In this document: one piece after another, positions 60,494-64,000 of the stretch | How the letters are laid out: the number at the start of each line of letters is the position of its first letter | Numbering within the stretch: position 1 is the first letter of the stretch | Assembly (NCBI GenBank): GCA_965218435.1 | Contig: CBDCKW010000009.1 | Coordinates: 1,280,001-1,344,000, forward strand | Origin: Truepera sp. | GTDB taxonomy: Bacteria > Deinococcota > Deinococci > Deinococcales > Trueperaceae | DNA length: 64,000 nt | Reading direction: 5' to 3' | Notes under the pieces: generated by a model | Told to the model about the DNA's origin: nothing | What the model saw: only the letters and a program-made list of their open reading frames with translations | Database searches by the model: none | Made by a program: the position numbers and the translations under genes

Positions 60494-61092
60494 TTCGCAT
60501 CGTGATCGCTGAAGATCAGGGGATGGTTTTGGGGGCGCTGGCGGCGCTGCTCGAGCTGGAAGGTGACCTCTCAGTCGTCGCGCAAGCACGTGACGGGGCC
60601 GAGGCGTTGACGCTCGTTCAGGAACATAGGCCGGACGTGCTTTTAACCGATATCGAGATGCCGAAAATGACGGGGCTCGAGCTAGCCGCCGCCGTCCGCC
60701 GCGATTCCCTCCAAACTCGAGTCATCATCCTCACGACCTTCGCCCGCGCGGGTTACTTGCGCCGCGCTTTAGATGCGGGTGTAGCGGGCTATCTGCTTAA
60801 AGATGCGCCCGCGTCGGAACTGGCGGCGGCGGTGCGGCGCGTCCACGCCGGGGGCCGCGCGGTTGACCCTGAACTCGCCGCCGAAGCGTGGGGCGAACCC
60901 GACCCGCTGACGGAGCGCGAACGAGCGTGTTTACGGCTGGCGGGGCAAGGGCAGACAGGCCCGGAGATTGCTGCAACGCTCGGCCTTTCAGAAGGGACGG
61001 TGCGCAACTACCTCTCTGAAGCGATTGGCAAACTCGGGGCTGGAAACCGGGTCGAGGCGGCGCGGTTGGCGCGGGATAAAGGCTGGCTTTAG
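60490..61092 (+). CDS. DesR/YvfU-like response regulator (NarL family)
   Basis: IAEDQGMVLGAL, DIEMP, LTTFAR.GY, GTVRNYLS..KLG..NR.EA..A..KGWL. Confidence 0.94.
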   Translation: MIRIVIAEDQGMVLGALAALLELEGDLSVVAQARDGAEALTLVQEHRPDVLLTDIEMPKMTGLELAAAVRRDSLQTRVIILTTFARAGYLRRALDAGVAGYLLKDAPASELAAAVRRVHAGGRAVDPELAAEAWGEPDPLTERERACLRLAGQGQTGPEIAATLGLSEGTVRNYLSEAIGKLGAGNRVEAARLARDKGWL

Positions 61093-61870
61093 TGCGGTGT
61101 CGAATGGGGCAGCGTATCAACACTTTCTTTCGCACAACGCAGATCTGATAGAGGGAAGGACTCGTACCATGAATGACCAAGCTAGACTCATGCATACTGT
61201 TGCGATAACCGAGGTTGTCAACCGCTACTTTGCTGCTCTGGATCAGAAGCAATTCGATGTAACGACAATGAGTCGGATTTTTGCGGATGATGCAAAAATT
61301 GTGCGGCCTAACGGAGCAGTCACGACAGGGCCACAGGAAATTGGCGATAGCCACCGCCCTAGCTTAAGCCGTTTTCGAGCCACGCAGCATCTTACTAGCA
61401 GCTTTATCATTACCTTAAATGATTCTTCCGCCGAGTTTCGGGCGAACTTGGTTGCTATGCACCTTTGGGCTGAGGGTCACGGTGATCCGAACGTTAGTCC
61501 AAACGATAACTATTTTCTAGCAGGTGGCGTGATAGCCGGGCACGTAATATTGGGAGCAGACGGATGGCGAATGACTGAGATCGCCAATCAGGTGATCTGG
61601 AGACAGGGTACCGGTTTCCAAGAGTTACTTCAAACAGAGTTCAACCGAAAATCTCAGGGCGGTGGTTCCAGTGGTTCCGATTGATGCTCGTAGGGTCTAA
61701 CCGAATACTGAACGTTATAGCCGTATGTTACTCGAAACCTACATGCTACTCAACTACGCTTTGCAGCGGAAGGCGCGACGTTGGATTTTACAGGTGCGGC
61801 CTGGGTCGCGCCGCTGCTGAAAGCTGGACGATAGGCAGCACGGTTGGCAAGGGATAAAGGCTGGCTTTAA
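61055..61870 (+). repeat. 38-bp direct repeat (61055-61092 and 61833-61870) duplicating the regulator 3' end
   Basis: AGGCGGCGCGGTTGGCGCGGGATAAAGGCTGGCTTTAG vs AGGCAGCACGGTTGGCAAGGGATAAAGGCTGGCTTTAA, 33/38 identical. Confidence 0.9.
61169..61684 (+). CDS. SnoaL/NTF2-like protein (lower GC)
   Basis: VNRYFAALD..F.DDA, TQHL, A.L.A.H, GWR pattern. Confidence 0.85.
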   Translation: MNDQARLMHTVAITEVVNRYFAALDQKQFDVTTMSRIFADDAKIVRPNGAVTTGPQEIGDSHRPSLSRFRATQHLTSSFIITLNDSSAEFRANLVAMHLWAEGHGDPNVSPNDNYFLAGGVIAGHVILGADGWRMTEIANQVIWRQGTGFQELLQTEFNRKSQGGGSSGSD

Positions 61871-61880
61871 GCTAAAACGC

Positions 61881-62341
61881 ATGAGCAACCTACAAACCTT
61901 TTGGGACGCCTTCCTTGCCGCACAGCCTGAACGTCGCCTCCCGGCACAGCCCATAGACGCCTTCGCCTTTGGCGATTCGCCTGAAATGGCTGACCGGCTC
62001 GGCAAGCTTGTCTATGACGGCATCAAAACTGCGACGACGAGTGCGCTCTGGTCGTATGAACCGGGTGAGCCGTTACCCCAAGTCGGTGAACTGAGCGTCG
62101 TTTTGGGCGGGAATGTTTCGCCCCTTTGTGTGATTAAAATGCTCGAGGTTTGCACCTTACCTTTTACCGAAGTTGACGCTGCCTTTACTTTTGACGAGGG
62201 TGAAGGCGACCGTTCGCTGAACTACTGGTGTGTGAAGCGCACCGACGGTTTTTCCGGCGTGCGCTTCCTAAAATAGGCCGTACCTTTGACGAATAGATGC
62301 CCGTCGTATGCGAGAGGTTTAGCAAGGTTTACCCCGACTAA
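61881..62341 (+). pseudogene. ASCH-domain protein, frameshifted
   Basis: FGDSPEMAD.L..LV..GIKTAT, DEGEGDRSL.YW; frame breaks in tgtgtg near 62228; other frame continues EAHRRFF..FDE*MPVVCERF. Confidence 0.85.
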
Positions 62342-62808
62342 GGACGAAGGGCCGCCTCGCCCCCTAAAAAGAGCAGCCATCCCGCGACCACGAAGCCGTG
62401 AAAGAGTGCAGGCGGTCAGACTGAACGGGTACGGCGGTAGAGCAGCGTGCAGCCAGCGCCTAAAAGTGTGATGAGGAGCAGAAATGCCGGGTCATAAAAG
62501 AAGGGCCGCGCTGCCGGAAAAAATAGCCACGCGTTAAGCGGGTGTATGAGAACATAGGCGACGAGCGCAAAGCCCGTAAAACGTGGGGGCGGGGCGATGC
62601 GGAAGATGAGTTCCTCGAGCAGCCCCGGCACCACCAACACGCGCAGCGTCAGTGGCAGCACGGGGACAGATGGGCGCTGAGGCTCCAAGACTCCGCTCGC
62701 CAAACCTAAACTCAGTGCTAAAACCGAAAAGACGAGCATAACGGCGAGTGTTTCCAGCCAACCCAGGGCGCTCGGCCAGGTCACGAGCGCCGAGCGGATA
62801 CGCCTCAA
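62338..62808 (-). pseudogene. CPBP/Abi-family intramembrane protease with premature stop
   Basis: EELIFR, HPLNA motifs; TGA at 62416-62418 replaces the expected Trp and the frame continues PPALFHGFVVAGWLLFLGG to TAG 62338. Confidence 0.8.
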
Positions 62809-64000
62809 TTAGCCCTGCCGCCGTAAAACTAAGGGTTGCGCCGCCCCGTAGGTCAGGCTCCGCCACACCCACTCGGCAGGCCCGAAGCGAAAACGCTCCA
62901 GCCAGAAGCGGCTGAAGAGGACTTGCAAGTTGAAGATAACCAGTACCAAAATGAGTGAAGTGCTCAGCCCCAGCTCGTTAAAGTTGCCGAATCCGTAGCC
63001 GTTAAAAATCAGGGTGCAGACGACCGATTGGGTGAGGTAATTCGTCAGGGCCATCCGTCCGGCAAAACCAAAATTGGCTAACCGCCGCTGCCACGCTTTA
63101 CGTTCTAACAGCCGCGTCAGCAGCGCCAGATACACGAACATCAGTGCAGGACCGCCGATGGCAAACGAGTAGCCAACCGCGAGCGGGCTGTACGTCCCCG
63201 TAAAAAACCAATAGGCGTACACGCCCTTAAAGACGAGCGCGACGGGCAGCGCCGCGATCAAAATGCCGGTCCACGCGCGGCGGTTGGGGCGTTCAAAAAG
63301 CCCGTGCCGTCCGGCCAACAGTCCGAGCAAAAAGAGCCATAAAACCGTCGGTAAAAAGTTCGGCAAATTGAGGATTTCGCGTTCTGCGAGCTGGGCCTGA
63401 TACCGGACGACCTCGCCATAACTGCCCGAGCCAAACGTTTGATTGAAAGTCTGTAGATTGACAAAATTTTGCAGATTGAACCGAGCTTGCAAGTCAAACC
63501 AAGTATACAAGTTAAGCCAAGCTTGCCGCCAAAGAGCGTAGTCAGGTAGGCTCTTAACAAAAGGCGTTAGATACGAGAAAACCGAAAGTACGAAAAAAGT
63601 CACTGCTCCCGTAAGCAGCACCCAGCTCTTCCTAAAAGCGAAGAGCGTCAGGACGAAGCCGCCGACCGCGTAGGTCAGCAAGATGTCACCGTACCAGATC
63701 AAAATAGCGTGAATGAGGCCGATACCGAGCAGGACGGCCAAACGGCGGCGAAAGCGGGGCAGCGCGACCGGCCCGCGCCGGAGCTGCAAGGCCAGTCCCA
63801 AGCCGAACAAAAACGAAAAGAGCGAGTAAAACGCACCTTGGGCAAAGATGCGGACGAAGCCCTCGAGCCCCCGTTCCCCAACGTTTTGCGCTGCCGTCAA
63901 GCCGAAGTAGCCGTAAGACCCGCTAAAAAACAGCATATTCACTGTAAAAATGCCTAACAGGGCAATACCGCGCAAGATGTCTACGGTGACGAGGCGGGCT
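62809..64000 (-). CDS. DUF418 (YeiB-like) membrane protein, 5' end outside window
   Basis: VDILRGIALLGI, FSFLFGLG, WYGDIL, GRMALTNYLTQS, GPAEWVWR.LTY. Confidence 0.9.
   Translation of the reverse strand, partial: ARLVTVDILRGIALLGIFTVNMLFFSGSYGYFGLTAAQNVGERGLEGFVRIFAQGAFYSLFSFLFGLGLALQLRRGPVALPRFRRRLAVLLGIGLIHAILIWYGDILLTYAVGGFVLTLFAFRKSWVLLTGAVTFFVLSVFSYLTPFVKSLPDYALWRQAWLNLYTWFDLQARFNLQNFVNLQTFNQTFGSGSYGEVVRYQAQLAEREILNLPNFLPTVLWLFLLGLLAGRHGLFERPNRRAWTGILIAALPVALVFKGVYAYWFFTGTYSPLAVGYSFAIGGPALMFVYLALLTRLLERKAWQRRLANFGFAGRMALTNYLTQSVVCTLIFNGYGFGNFNELGLSTSLILVLVIFNLQVLFSRFWLERFRFGPAEWVWRSLTYGAAQPLVLRRQG

Noticed and set aside
50243..62418. Stop-codon recoding suggested by in-frame TAG (50243, 62294) and TGA (62416)
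   Set aside because: RF1 is intact, many intact genes end in TAG/TGA, and the ASCH gene also has a frameshift, so pseudogenisation is simpler

Overview
About 60 kb of mostly chromosomal, GC-rich DNA that looks like Deinococcota, probably Trueperaceae-like. This is inferred from protein sequence style, pervasive leaderless -10 boxes and strong CTCGAG enrichment. Core content: prfA, a c-di-AMP receptor, yebC/nnrE, dnaJ-hspR with a HAIR operator, a GlgE alpha-glucan locus (treS-pep2 fusion, glgE, divergent large GH13), ruvC, two divergent glutamine synthetases followed by a Liv-type ABC operon, a peptide-type ABC/M20/SDR operon, a GNAT/PepF cluster and a DesK/DesR-YvfRS-like envelope-stress cluster. 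Small lower-GC inserts sit at gene junctions: a HEPN-like orphan, YefM-YoeB plus an orphan RHH antitoxin, and a SnoaL gene. There are several pseudogenes. No tRNA, rRNA, CRISPR, transposase or integrase was seen. The most interesting unexplained signals are non-coding: (1) a ~210-nt rod-shaped, 6S-like inverted-repeat structure upstream of the c-di-AMP receptor; (2) a ~190-nt multi-hairpin candidate sRNA between sulP and treS; (3) HIP-like CTCGAG over-representation; (4) strongly G-rich/C-poor 3' ends of genes flanking insertion hot spots. All pairings and counts were done by eye and need computational confirmation.
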